Source: a virus. Taken from it: a DNA stretch of 64,000 bases. A program made the translations under genes and the position numbers. The stretch is from positions 23,841 to 87,840 of IMG/VR virus record IMGVR_UViG_3300042008_000003; one strand, written 5' to 3'. A model generated the notes under the pieces. It saw nothing but the letters and a program-made list of their open reading frames with translations. It searched no databases and had not been told where the DNA came from. Shown one piece after another: positions 1 to 9,673 of the stretch. The first letter of the stretch is position 1, and each line of letters opens with the position of its first letter.

Positions 1-45
1 CATTCAATAAAACTGTAAAATAGTTAAAATAAATTAGAGAAATAC

Positions 46-74
46 TTGACTTATTATAGTTGAATTGCTACACT
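46..74 (+). promoter_or_regulatory. sigma70-type promoter for HNH gene
   Basis: TTGACT-17 bp-TACACT. Confidence 0.65.
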
Positions 75-105
75 AACCCCTTATTTGTAAGTTAAGGGGT
101 TTAAA

Positions 106-858
106 ATGTTGCGTGATAATGAAAGGTGGGTGCCAGGCCTAGAGAGCAAGTATGCTGCTGATACAGATGGGAATATTATTTCCTATATTAAGAAGCGAAT
201 TGTTATGGTCGGAGGTGTTCTCTATGACCGTAAACGTGGCTACAGAACTTATAGAATATTTACCTATAAAGTGTCAGGTAAGTCTAAGCTAGAGTACTTT
301 CATAGGTGTATAGCTAAAGCATTCCTAGATAATCCTGAAAATAAGCCATACGTCAATCATATTGATGGGAACAAGCTGAACAATAGATTGTCAAATCTTG
401 AATGGGCTACTCCTACAGAAAATGCACAACACGCTTGGGATACAGGTTTGATGCAAGGCGTTCTAGATTTCCACTCAAACTATGATGCATTTGTCCGCGC
501 TGGCCTCCACCGCGAAAAAGTTATTGATAAGTACTTACAAACAGGCTTATGTGAAGATGGGATCACAAATTTCACGATAGAAAACTATTTGATGAGTTAT
601 GACTTCAAGAGAAACCACATCCCTCCTGAATTTGAGGGGACTAGTATTAAAAATGGTTCTTATCTGAATGAGTGGTATTTTAGGTTTGCTGTTATGTCTT
701 TATTAGAGAATTCTAGCTATACACTAACGGAAATAAGTTCAAAGGTGAAGCTTGATCTTACGATGGTGTCTAGAATCAAAAATAAAATTCGTTGGCAAGA
801 CTCTTGGGATGTCTACAATAAATATAAAAACAATACTTGGTATAATCCACTTATTTAA
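106..858 (+). CDS. HNH homing endonuclease (NUMOD4/HNH_3-like N-terminal half)
   Basis: FHRCIAKAFLDNPENKPYVNHIDGNKLNNRLSNLEWAT..EN..HA is the classic phage HNH motif; possible C-terminal HTH. Confidence 0.85.
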   Translation: MLRDNERWVPGLESKYAADTDGNIISYIKKRIVMVGGVLYDRKRGYRTYRIFTYKVSGKSKLEYFHRCIAKAFLDNPENKPYVNHIDGNKLNNRLSNLEWATPTENAQHAWDTGLMQGVLDFHSNYDAFVRAGLHREKVIDKYLQTGLCEDGITNFTIENYLMSYDFKRNHIPPEFEGTSIKNGSYLNEWYFRFAVMSLLENSSYTLTEISSKVKLDLTMVSRIKNKIRWQDSWDVYNKYKNNTWYNPLI

Positions 859-877
859 TATTTATTTTCACCAACTA

Positions 878-907
878 TTGACAGGAAGCTTTAATTGGTG
901 ATACACT
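878..907 (+). promoter_or_regulatory. sigma70-type promoter
   Basis: TTGACA ... TG-A-TACACT (extended -10, 18-bp spacer). Confidence 0.55.
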
Positions 908-942
908 CTCTTTTATGAATTGAACACAACAGGAGAGATTAA

Positions 943-1287
943 ATGAATGAGTACAAGATTCTTGTTACAGGTAATGATAGTATTGGCTATAACTTCATTA
1001 AGAATGTTGTTGAGCTAGCCAGTATGGGTGCTACCCTTGAAGATGGTAAAGTGCCAACAATGCGCTTCCCTTTCTCAGCTTGGATGTATTTGAAGACTGA
1101 TAAGCTTATGGAAAGTAAACCGGGATTTCAGTTTCAGATTATGCAAGAGAACTTTACTAAAGAACAGCTTGATGAACTAGAATGGTCAGAGTTCAAAGCT
1201 GTAGTCAAGAAGAAGCATGGTATTGGAGGTCGCGACCGTCAGGTTATGACTCAGCAGTATTTGAAAGCAAGTGGTCAAGTAGAGTAA
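943..1287 (+). CDS. hypothetical phage protein upstream of terminase
   Basis: 114-aa ORF, AGGAG RBS. Confidence 0.75.
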   Translation: MNEYKILVTGNDSIGYNFIKNVVELASMGATLEDGKVPTMRFPFSAWMYLKTDKLMESKPGFQFQIMQENFTKEQLDELEWSEFKAVVKKKHGIGGRDRQVMTQQYLKASGQVE

Positions 1288-1297
1288 CGAAGTACAA

Positions 1298-1376
1298 TGA
1301 GAGCGAACGGATGGCCATCCCCGCTAACTGCCAACTCGGTTAGCTAGTTCTCACCCTATTTAATCTAGTTGGAGAT
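1298..1376 (+). ncRNA. candidate structured cis-regulatory RNA (three-way junction plus pseudoknot to the RBS)
   Basis: Stems TGAGAGC/GTTCTCA, GGAT/ATCC and GCTAACTG/CGGTTAGC; loop CCAACT is complementary to AGTTGG, which overlaps the SD. Confidence 0.55.
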
Positions 1377-1384
1377 ACAAAAGT

Positions 1385-2350
1385 TTGAACTACACTAAAA
1401 TTTACAATGCTTTGGTGGAAAAAGTTAAGATTCGTGGTCTCGATAAGAGTCAACATGAAGGTTATTATGAAATTCATCATATTCTTCCTAAATGTTTAGG
1501 TGGTAGTGATGATAAGAGTAATTTGGTAATGTTTACCGCTAGGGAGCATTATATTGCTCACATCCTATTGTGGAAAATGAACCCCGGACATGTGGGTTTG
1601 TTCACTGCTGCTTTCTTTATGAGTAAAAAGAGACTGTTTAAGTTCAGCTCGAAAATTTACGAAGTTTTAAAAATAGAGCAAGCCAAACAACTAGCTGAAT
1701 TTAATTCTAAGAATTCTGGATTCAATAGTCCTGTATTTAAAGATTTAACCGGGGAGGTTCGTGGGAGACTCACCGTAGTTTCTTTTGATGATTGGGTAAT
1801 TCAATCTAACGGCCAAAGAACTTCAACTTGGACATGTCTTTGTACTTGTGGTAATTATTCAACGGTACGTGCTGGAAATCTGACCAAGAATAGTGGTACA
1901 AGATCTTGTGGATGTGATCGTATTGAAAAGACTAAAGCCAATACTGGAGAAAATAATAAATTCTTCGGTAGAGTGCACTCAGATCAAGCAAAAGCGATAA
2001 TGAGAGAGAAGAAACTAGGTCGTGCTGAATGGAACAAAGGCTTAGTACGATCAGATGAAAATAAGATTAAAATTTCCGAGGGATTGAAAGCCAGAAATCG
2101 ACCTGCATGGGAAGCTGGTACAGTCCTTACAAAAGATGAACAGTTAACTAAGTGGTTGATGGCTGACTATTACTACGAATTATATCTTACTAATACCACA
2201 CTAACTTCTGCAAAGTTCACCACTCTGTATAATCGGCTACATAACGATAATTTGCCAGCAAGAGCTTTTACTGCAATGCACAGAGAATTTGTTAAAGGTT
2301 GGATTCCTTTAGAAGATGAAAGGTGGATTAAGTTTTCTAAGGAATATTAA
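1385..2350 (+). CDS. HNH homing endonuclease with NUMOD3 motifs
   Basis: HHILPKCLGGSDDKSNLV...REHYIAH; DLTG..GRLTV...C.C.CG...SCGC module; FFGRVHS...WNKG. Confidence 0.85.
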   Translation: MNYTKIYNALVEKVKIRGLDKSQHEGYYEIHHILPKCLGGSDDKSNLVMFTAREHYIAHILLWKMNPGHVGLFTAAFFMSKKRLFKFSSKIYEVLKIEQAKQLAEFNSKNSGFNSPVFKDLTGEVRGRLTVVSFDDWVIQSNGQRTSTWTCLCTCGNYSTVRAGNLTKNSGTRSCGCDRIEKTKANTGENNKFFGRVHSDQAKAIMREKKLGRAEWNKGLVRSDENKIKISEGLKARNRPAWEAGTVLTKDEQLTKWLMADYYYELYLTNTTLTSAKFTTLYNRLHNDNLPARAFTAMHREFVKGWIPLEDERWIKFSKEY

Positions 2351-3858
2351 TGTCAGAAGAACAGGAAATTATTGGGCCTAGTAGTGCTAAACAATCCCTA
2401 ATGTTGAATCAGCAAGCTGATACGGCTATTCTAGGGGGGGCTATGGGCTCAGGAAAATCATTCATTTCATTGCTTTATCCTTTGAAATTTGCTGACGATC
2501 CTCACCTTCGCGGTATTATCTTCCGTAAGACCACTGGTGAAATCACCGCTCAAGGTGGTCTTTGGGAGAATGCTTGTGAAATCTATTCTAAAGTCTATGG
2601 TAATGCTGAAGAACTAAGGAAACAAGGCAAGAAAGGTGGTATCAAGATTCATATCAAAGATCTTAAAATTACCTTTCCTTCTGGCGGTTCAATTAAGTTC
2701 TCTTACCTAGAAAATTCCCGTGATTTGCTCCGACACCAAGGGGCAGCTTACACTTTTGTGCTATTTGACGAAGCCACACACTTTACTCAAGAAATGATTG
2801 AGTACCTTATTAAGCGTATGCGTTCGGCCCGCGCAAAACACAAGAAGCAAATGGTTCTCACTTGTAACCCAGATCCAGACTGGTTTGGTCTTGAGTGGAT
2901 TAAACCTTATCTCACAGAAGATGGTACACCTAATACTGATAATGACGGAAAGATGCGTTATTATGCAGTAGATAACGGTGACTACGTTTGGTCAGATAGT
3001 CGTGAAGAATTAGAAGCCATTTATGGTGAAGGAACAGATTCTGGTATTCGCAGTTTCACCTTTGTGAGCGCGAATTGCATGGACAATATTCCACTTATGA
3101 CTGCCGACCCAACATATCTATCTAATTTGAAAGCTCAGAGTACCGTAGATGTCCAACGCTACCTCTATGGTAACTGGTTTGTAAGGCCAACTAACTCAAC
3201 CATGATACGTCGTGAGTGGTTTGTCGAAAAAGATCAAGAACCTGCATGGACAGAGATAGTTAAAACAGTTAGGGCATATGACTTTGCTTTCGTTTTACGT
3301 TCAGATAAGAATAGTTCTCCTGATTATACTGTATCGGTTAAGATGAGTAAGTTGAAAGATGGTAATTACTTTATTCATGACATCCGAAGAACTCGTATTC
3401 TACCCGGAGATTGGATGAAGTTTATTTTAGACGCAGCTCTAGCTGACGGACCTAAAGTAGAAATTGTATTGCCTCTTGACCCTCAAACTCGTTATAGCAA
3501 CACATTCATATCTAAAGACCTGTCATCTAAAGGTTTTCATGTACGTCAGTTCAAAACTACAGGACACAAAGAAGATCGCTTCAAACCGTTTACATCTATT
3601 GTTATGAATGGTGGAATGCAGATTCTAAAGGATTGTGGTGCTGACTATGAAAATGGAGTTTATGACGATCTTAACTTTTTCTATAAAGAGTTAGAGTCTT
3701 ATGAGGGTGGTAAAAGATCCTCTGGTACTCGCCACGACGATCTTTGTGATGCTTGTAGCGATTCATTTGCTGCGGTAGCCTCTAGTAAGACTATACCAAA
3801 CTTCCTTGCTGGTTTAAAAGGCGCAAACCTTTCATATAATAATCCCTTCAATCAATAG
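2350..3858 (+). CDS. terL: terminase large subunit
   Basis: Walker A GGAMGSGKS, Walker B FDEATHF, TCNP motif, nuclease YDFA...HDDLCDA. Confidence 0.95.
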   Translation: MSEEQEIIGPSSAKQSLMLNQQADTAILGGAMGSGKSFISLLYPLKFADDPHLRGIIFRKTTGEITAQGGLWENACEIYSKVYGNAEELRKQGKKGGIKIHIKDLKITFPSGGSIKFSYLENSRDLLRHQGAAYTFVLFDEATHFTQEMIEYLIKRMRSARAKHKKQMVLTCNPDPDWFGLEWIKPYLTEDGTPNTDNDGKMRYYAVDNGDYVWSDSREELEAIYGEGTDSGIRSFTFVSANCMDNIPLMTADPTYLSNLKAQSTVDVQRYLYGNWFVRPTNSTMIRREWFVEKDQEPAWTEIVKTVRAYDFAFVLRSDKNSSPDYTVSVKMSKLKDGNYFIHDIRRTRILPGDWMKFILDAALADGPKVEIVLPLDPQTRYSNTFISKDLSSKGFHVRQFKTTGHKEDRFKPFTSIVMNGGMQILKDCGADYENGVYDDLNFFYKELESYEGGKRSSGTRHDDLCDACSDSFAAVASSKTIPNFLAGLKGANLSYNNPFNQ

Positions 3859-3866
3859 GAGATACA

Positions 3867-5390
3867 ATGGCTGATGAAGAAGATGTCTCCTTAGATGTCG
3901 GGAACTTGCAAGCTGGTTCAAATGATATCCCTCCTCTAGCCCTTGGTGAACAAGGGTTTGGTGGGTTGACAGTTTTAGGGGGTCGCATACTCGAAGAGTG
4001 CAGTCACGAACTGCGCTGGCCTGAGTGTATTCAGACTTATAAGCGAATGGCTAAAGATGGTGCAATTGCTCCCGCTCTCGACCTCGTTGAAATGATGATA
4101 GCCCGCGTACCTTGGACTGTCAAGGTTCCTGAAGGCTATGAAGAAAAACTTAAATTCCAAGCTAACTATCTTCGTCAAGTGAAAGATGACATGGACCATT
4201 CTTGGGATTCTGCAATTAAGCAAATTGTAAGCTTTAATCGCTACGGTTTCGCTTGTGTAGAAAAGGTTTATGGGTATCGCGAGAAGGCTAAGGGTAGTAA
4301 GTATGACGACGGCTTGGTTCGCGTTAAGAAACTAGCTCTCCGTCCACAAGACACTATTGAAAGCTGGGTATACAAGAACAAGGGTCGTGATCTTGCTGGC
4401 TTGAATCAGTGCGTTGTACTACCAACTAACTCTACTATCAACGGCAGGGATTTTGTAAACAATCCCGGTCTTGTAGACTCAGGTTGGAACACAGCAACTA
4501 AGTTTCTTAAACGAGCTAAGTTCATGCTGTTCCGCCAAGGCTCTTTGAAAGACTCTCCTGAAGGTACAAGCCCATTGAATGGTGCTTGGCAAGCTTGGAA
4601 GTATAAACAAGCTTATCAAGAGTCGGAAGCTATTGCTGTAGCACAAGATAGTAATGGATTCAAGGTACTCTACCTTCCTCCTCAATATATGGCAGCTGAT
4701 GCCTCTGAAGAGGACAAGGCGGTATTTGAAGAGTACAAAAAGATCTTGGCTAACATGCACCAAGCTAAGCAGTCAGGTATGATCCTCCCACTTATCCTAG
4801 ATGAATCTGGGAATAAGATGTTTGAATTTGATATCAAAAGTATCACAGGTCAAAAGTCGTATGACACTAATGCAATCATTGGTCGATATACTTCTGAGAT
4901 TCTAACTGCACTCTTTGCTGACTTCCTTGCACTTGGCTCTAATGGCTCTGGTTCGTTCAGTCTTGCTGAAACTAAAGTAAGCATCATTGAGATGACACTT
5001 GAGTCTAAATTGAATGAGATTAAAGATCAGTTAAATAATGATTTGGTTCGCCAATTATGGGAACTGAATGGTTGGGACGCAGATGTCACGCCTTATTTTG
5101 ACTATGGCAGTATTTCTAAGGAATCTCTTGACGAGATTGGCAAGTTTGTGCAGCGAGTTGCCGCAGTATCGATGCTACCAAAAGCACCTGAGGTGGTTAA
5201 CTGGATTATGAAACAAGCTGATATCCCATATCATGTAGATGAAGGATTGAGTCCAGAAGAACTTTCAGAACAGCTTACACCAATGACTAGTGGCGCAGCA
5301 CAAGGAATGACATCTGGTCTTCCATCAGGAACTGGTGATAATACAGGATCTAGTGGCGACTCTTCCACATCAAATAACGAAAACGTTTAG
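3867..5390 (+). CDS. portal protein
   Basis: 507 aa directly after TerL; DUF935-like features (YGFACVEKVY, GSFSLAE). Confidence 0.88.
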   Translation: MADEEDVSLDVGNLQAGSNDIPPLALGEQGFGGLTVLGGRILEECSHELRWPECIQTYKRMAKDGAIAPALDLVEMMIARVPWTVKVPEGYEEKLKFQANYLRQVKDDMDHSWDSAIKQIVSFNRYGFACVEKVYGYREKAKGSKYDDGLVRVKKLALRPQDTIESWVYKNKGRDLAGLNQCVVLPTNSTINGRDFVNNPGLVDSGWNTATKFLKRAKFMLFRQGSLKDSPEGTSPLNGAWQAWKYKQAYQESEAIAVAQDSNGFKVLYLPPQYMAADASEEDKAVFEEYKKILANMHQAKQSGMILPLILDESGNKMFEFDIKSITGQKSYDTNAIIGRYTSEILTALFADFLALGSNGSGSFSLAETKVSIIEMTLESKLNEIKDQLNNDLVRQLWELNGWDADVTPYFDYGSISKESLDEIGKFVQRVAAVSMLPKAPEVVNWIMKQADIPYHVDEGLSPEELSEQLTPMTSGAAQGMTSGLPSGTGDNTGSSGDSSTSNNENV

Positions 5391-5398
5391 GAGGCTGT

Positions 5399-6763
5399 AT
5401 GGCCCACAGTCTTCTCAGACTGAAAGAAAAGATTTGTAATACTCCTCACTTGATGCACCCTGCATCTTTTGAAATTGTTATTCAATATCTTAACGAACGA
5501 AACAATGAAGACTTCAAACTGGATACAGCAGTTGAAGACAATCGTGAAAGTAATTCCCGATATTCTTTTAACAAAGATATCGGGGTTGCTGTTCTCAACA
5601 TTGACGGCCCTCTCAGTTATAAGCCTGTCACTATGATGGGCTTTGATTGTGGTGGTGCGTCTTATCAGCAGATTAAAGAAGACTTCACTTACCTTGTAGA
5701 CAGTGGTGCTAAGACTATTGCATTTAGTGTCTCCAGTGGTGGTGGCGAAGCCTTCCAGATGATGCCAACTGCTAATTACATGCGTAAATTAGCTAGTGAA
5801 AACGACGTTCGTATCATCACCTATGTAGATGGTCTGTCTGCTTCAGCAGCCTATGGATTGTCTGTAATTGCTGATGAATTGATCATGGCTCCAAGCTCGG
5901 AGGTTGGTAGTGTTGGTGTTCTGGTTCGTTTGATGAACGACTCTAAAGCACTTGAAAAAGAAGGCTACGAACGTACCTTTATCTCTGCTGGTGATGACAA
6001 AATTCCATTTGACGCTGACGGTAATTTCCGTAAAGAGTTCTTGGAAGATATTCAAGGTAAAGTTGATACACTTTACGAAGAGTTTACTGGGTTTGTTGCA
6101 GAACATCGCAACTTGTCAGTAGAAGCAGTGAAGTCCACACAGGCGCGTACCTTCTTGCCAAAAGAAGCTATTGAGCTTGGACTAGCTGACCGTGTTATGA
6201 CTCTTGAGGAGTTTTACACACATTTGGCTGATACAGCTCAAAAACAAGAAGGTGGTATGTTAAAAACCAAACTGTTTGCCCAATTTAATAAAACCGAGGA
6301 AACTCTAGAAATGACTCAACTTGCCGAACTGCAAGAACAACTTCAGGGCGCTCAATTGAGTGTTGCTGATCTTACCTCTAAATTTGAAGCCGCTTCTTTG
6401 CTGCTCAATGAAAAAGAAACTGCTCTCGCTGCTGCACTCTCTGAAGTTGCACAGATGAGAGAAGCTGTAGCCTCTGCTGAAGCTGCCGCTGTAGCCGTTA
6501 AAATGGACGCTCGTAAGTCCAAACTTGCTGCTGTTATGTCTGCTGACAAAGTGGAAGGCGTTTCTGCTTCCTTGTCCAGCCTAGACGACAGTGCATTTGA
6601 AACCGTTCTGAGTGGTTTTACTGCACAGAAACAAGCTCTTGAAGCATCTGATATGTTTACAGAACTTGGCGACCAAGGTACAGAAGTAGTTCCTGAAGCT
6701 AAAGCTTCTAAGTCTAAAGATGTTACCGAAGACCTTATCAAACAAAAACTAGGTTTGAAATAA
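5399..6763 (+). CDS. S49 prohead protease with C-terminal scaffold domain
   Basis: SSGGGE, SASAAYGL, GSVGV S49 motifs; Ala-rich coiled-coil C-terminus. Confidence 0.9.
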   Translation: MAHSLLRLKEKICNTPHLMHPASFEIVIQYLNERNNEDFKLDTAVEDNRESNSRYSFNKDIGVAVLNIDGPLSYKPVTMMGFDCGGASYQQIKEDFTYLVDSGAKTIAFSVSSGGGEAFQMMPTANYMRKLASENDVRIITYVDGLSASAAYGLSVIADELIMAPSSEVGSVGVLVRLMNDSKALEKEGYERTFISAGDDKIPFDADGNFRKEFLEDIQGKVDTLYEEFTGFVAEHRNLSVEAVKSTQARTFLPKEAIELGLADRVMTLEEFYTHLADTAQKQEGGMLKTKLFAQFNKTEETLEMTQLAELQEQLQGAQLSVADLTSKFEAASLLLNEKETALAAALSEVAQMREAVASAEAAAVAVKMDARKSKLAAVMSADKVEGVSASLSSLDDSAFETVLSGFTAQKQALEASDMFTELGDQGTEVVPEAKASKSKDVTEDLIKQKLGLK

Positions 6764-6802
6764 TTAGCCTTAGCTAATCTCTCTATTTTAAAGGAATCAA
6801 AT

Positions 6803-7267
6803 ATGCCTTTCGTTGCTGAAACTTTCACCCAACGCTTCTCTGATCTTGTTGTGCATGAGCTTGACCCATCTGTTGGTTATAGCCGCCGTGACCTCAACAT
6901 CACCCCTATTACTCCAGCTATCCGCCTCGGCACTGTAGTTTATCGCGCTAAAAATGCTGATCTAACTGCTGCTTGGACCGTACTGGCCTCTGCTACCCCT
7001 TTGGTACTTACCAACGAATTCGCTGTTGTTTATGGCGATCACTTTAGCTTCAATCCTTCTTTCGTACCTCGTGCAATTGCCGCTAACCGTTATAACGCTG
7101 TTGGCTTTGTTGGTACTTCTGGTGCTCTGCAACTGAAAGAATACTACATCAAACAAGTTGCCAAGTCTACCGCTGCTACTGGTGGTGCTGATTTGACTGA
7201 TGCTCAAGTTGAAACCCTGAAAGGTTTGCTTGAACAACAAGGCATCCAAGTACTTAAAACAGTTTAA
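6803..7267 (+). CDS. head decoration protein
   Basis: Lies between protease and capsid; codon usage typical of highly expressed genes. Confidence 0.75.
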   Translation: MPFVAETFTQRFSDLVVHELDPSVGYSRRDLNITPITPAIRLGTVVYRAKNADLTAAWTVLASATPLVLTNEFAVVYGDHFSFNPSFVPRAIAANRYNAVGFVGTSGALQLKEYYIKQVAKSTAATGGADLTDAQVETLKGLLEQQGIQVLKTV

Positions 7268-7311
7268 GACACTGTTTAACAAACTCTTTAAGCTAAGGAA
7301 ACATAAATAAT

Positions 7312-8379
7312 ATGGCTATTGTACTAGATCGTCAGAACCTCGGTAAAGTTGTTGACCGTACCGATTCCCTGATTGTAATCCCCAACACCGTAGGCATCAC
7401 CAATGCTCTGGGTCTGTTTGAGGATGTATACTCCACCCAAAAGACTATTGAGATTACTCGTAGCACTCGTAAATCCCATCTGCTTGAAGATCGTAACTGG
7501 GATGAGCGTAACCAAACTATCGCTGGTCGTGAACAAGACAGCCTGTTGCTGAAAATCCCTCACTTCCCACTGGATGATGCAATCACTCCAAACGATGTTG
7601 ACGGTATTGCTCGTGCTGGCTCTCTGGCTGAGTTTGCTGAACTGGAAACTGTTGCTGGTGTTCGTGCGGACAAGTTGATCGACGTTCGTGAAGCTCACGC
7701 ACTGACTCTTGAAGCAGCTCGTATGCAGCTTATCACCAATGGTACTGTATATGCTCCACGCGGCACCGTAGTTACTAACTTCTACACTGAATTTGGTATT
7801 ACTCGTACTGAGATTGTTACTGACCTCTCTGCCGCCGCTGATCCACGTACTGTATTCAACGAAGCTAAGAAAGCTACCCGTAATGCTCTGCGTGATGGTC
7901 AAGCTGGTACTGTCCGTGCTTTCGTCGTACTGTGCTCTGATTCGTACTACAACGCTGTTCAACAGAACGCTTATGTAACCGATGCGTTCAAGTATGTGGA
8001 CCAAGGTCAAGCCACCCGTATCCTTCTGGGTGCTGGTGGTGTTGATGTTCCTGGCCTAGATGCTCGCTTTGAAATGATGAGTGTGTTTGGTATCACCTTT
8101 ATCAATGCTGGTGCTGCTGGTTACGAGAATGCTGCTGGTACTTTCGTACCGTTCATTCCAGAAGGTGATGCTTACATGATGCCTGTTGGTATCCGTAACT
8201 TCCTGAAAACCTACTACGCCCCGGCTAACCGTTTTGGTAGCATCAACCGTCGCGCCCAGGGTAGCTACTTCTTTGAATATCTGAATGAAAAAGACGATAT
8301 CATTGAAATCATGACCGAACAGAATTTCCTGAACGCCATGCTCAACCCTGGTGCTATCCTGCGTCTGTCCTTGACCTAA
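7312..8379 (+). CDS. major capsid protein (phage cap E-like)
   Basis: 355 aa; IPHFPLDDAITPND, YYAPAN motifs; position; strong codon bias. Confidence 0.92.
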   Translation: MAIVLDRQNLGKVVDRTDSLIVIPNTVGITNALGLFEDVYSTQKTIEITRSTRKSHLLEDRNWDERNQTIAGREQDSLLLKIPHFPLDDAITPNDVDGIARAGSLAEFAELETVAGVRADKLIDVREAHALTLEAARMQLITNGTVYAPRGTVVTNFYTEFGITRTEIVTDLSAAADPRTVFNEAKKATRNALRDGQAGTVRAFVVLCSDSYYNAVQQNAYVTDAFKYVDQGQATRILLGAGGVDVPGLDARFEMMSVFGITFINAGAAGYENAAGTFVPFIPEGDAYMMPVGIRNFLKTYYAPANRFGSINRRAQGSYFFEYLNEKDDIIEIMTEQNFLNAMLNPGAILRLSLT

Positions 8380-8447
8380 TTATTAAGTTAAGAACTAAAT
8401 AAAGAAAGGGGCTTGAAATATAGCCCCAAATTCTTAGGAGTATAAAG

Positions 8448-8675
8448 ATGGCTGTAACAACTAAAAATGGTTGGATCTTCGCGGCTCGTGAGCTTGATGG
8501 TCGTATCACAGGCGCTACGGTTCCTGCCGCAACCACTACTGTAGCTGGTAAAGTAAAACAAATTACTTTCACTGCACAGCAAGGTACAACATTTGCTGAC
8601 TTGGCTGCTGTAACCACAGCATACAACGCATTGCTTACTAAATTGATTGCTGCTGGTATTATGCCTGCTGCGTAA
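8448..8675 (+). CDS. small head-fibre-like virion protein
   Basis: PAATTTVAGKVKQ...YNALLTKLIAAGIM; AGGAG RBS. Confidence 0.65.
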   Translation: MAVTTKNGWIFAARELDGRITGATVPAATTTVAGKVKQITFTAQQGTTFADLAAVTTAYNALLTKLIAAGIMPAA

Positions 8676-8700
8676 GTATAGATGGTGGTTAATTCTGCCC

Positions 8701-8729
8701 TTGTAATATAAGATATTTTGTGATAAGCT
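8701..8729 (+). promoter_or_regulatory. sigma70-type promoter for HNH-AP2 gene
   Basis: TTGTAA-17 bp-TAAGCT. Confidence 0.45.
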
Positions 8730-8759
8730 ATTCAGTCAAATTTAACTAGGAGATTGAGA

Positions 8760-9233
8760 ATGCATCACAACGCAAAACATGGTAAATACAAAACAAAGAC
8801 TTACGCTTCTTATCGAGCAATGATTCAAAGGGTTACGGATGAAAATCATAAAACTTTTGAACACACTGGAGGTAGGGGTATTAAGATTTGTGATCGTTGG
8901 CTTGATCCTGTTAATGGAGTTTTAAACTTCTTTGAGGATATGGGTGAACGCCCTGAAGGAACCACATTAGACCGTAAAGATGTTAATGGGGACTATTCCT
9001 TAGAAAATTGCAGGTGGACAACTTACTCTGAACAGAACTTCAACCAGACTCTTAAGTCCCATAATACATCAGGTAAAACTGGAGTTAGTTGGAACAAAGA
9101 AAAAGAGAAATGGGAAGTTTATATTTCAAAGAATAAGAAAGTAATCAAACTTGGTTATTTTAAATCTTTGGAAGAAGCTATCAAGGTAAGACAGGAAGCC
9201 GAACTAGAATACTATGGTTACACAAAGGAATAG
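8760..9233 (+). CDS. HNH-AP2 homing endonuclease
   Basis: GGRGIKICDRW...TLDRKDVNGDYSLENCRW; AP2 SGKTGVSW...LGYF...AIKVR; start moved to ATG 8760 (GGAG RBS). Confidence 0.88.
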   Translation: MHHNAKHGKYKTKTYASYRAMIQRVTDENHKTFEHTGGRGIKICDRWLDPVNGVLNFFEDMGERPEGTTLDRKDVNGDYSLENCRWTTYSEQNFNQTLKSHNTSGKTGVSWNKEKEKWEVYISKNKKVIKLGYFKSLEEAIKVRQEAELEYYGYTKE

Positions 9234-9235
9234 TT

Positions 9236-9673
9236 ATGGCATTAACTCCTGTCGAACAGGTTAGACTCCTTATAGGGGATATTCCAAGTAATCCGTTTTA
9301 TCCCCTATATACCGATGAAGAAATACAGCAGTTTTTAGATTTAACGAATCAAAATGTCTTTCAAGCAGCAAGATTGGCAGCAATTTCAGCGTCTTTCACA
9401 GTTGCTGGTTATAGTACAAGGGAGCGTACAGGGGACATTGAAGTTGAAAATAATTACGCCAAGAACTATCTAGCAGCCCTTGGTAACTTCATCAATAATC
9501 CTACTTTCGCCATTCCCCCAGGTTTATTCCCTTGGTCCGCTAACAAATGTCCAAGTAAGCTTATGAATATTGAAGTATGCGATGGAGATAATTGCAGGGA
9601 AGCAATTTCTTGTGAAACTGGCTGTGGATGTAATGACTGTCATGCTGTTGGTGAGACATTTGTCTACCCTTAA
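9236..9673 (+). CDS. head-tail adaptor
   Basis: VRLLIGD...YTDEEI motif; position; Cys-rich C-terminus. Confidence 0.7.
   Translation: MALTPVEQVRLLIGDIPSNPFYPLYTDEEIQQFLDLTNQNVFQAARLAAISASFTVAGYSTRERTGDIEVENNYAKNYLAALGNFINNPTFAIPPGLFPWSANKCPSKLMNIEVCDGDNCREAISCETGCGCNDCHAVGETFVYP

Noticed and set aside
1298-1376. Self-cleaving ribozyme or tRNA
   Set aside because: No hammerhead CUGANGA/GAAA core, no HDV or twister consensus recognised, no cloverleaf or T-loop.
3975-8626. Antisense and alternate-frame ORFs over portal, protease and capsid (e.g. 7324..8010 -, 6352..6828 -)
   Set aside because: Shadows of strongly codon-biased genes; no RBS or recognisable motifs. The same applies to similar ORFs over nrdAB, polymerase and helicase.
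8680-8702. ATGGTGGTTAATTCTGCC as a duplicated start of the 9236 gene (ATGGCATTAACTCCTGTC)
   Set aside because: Similarity is weak, needs gaps and is not conserved at protein level.
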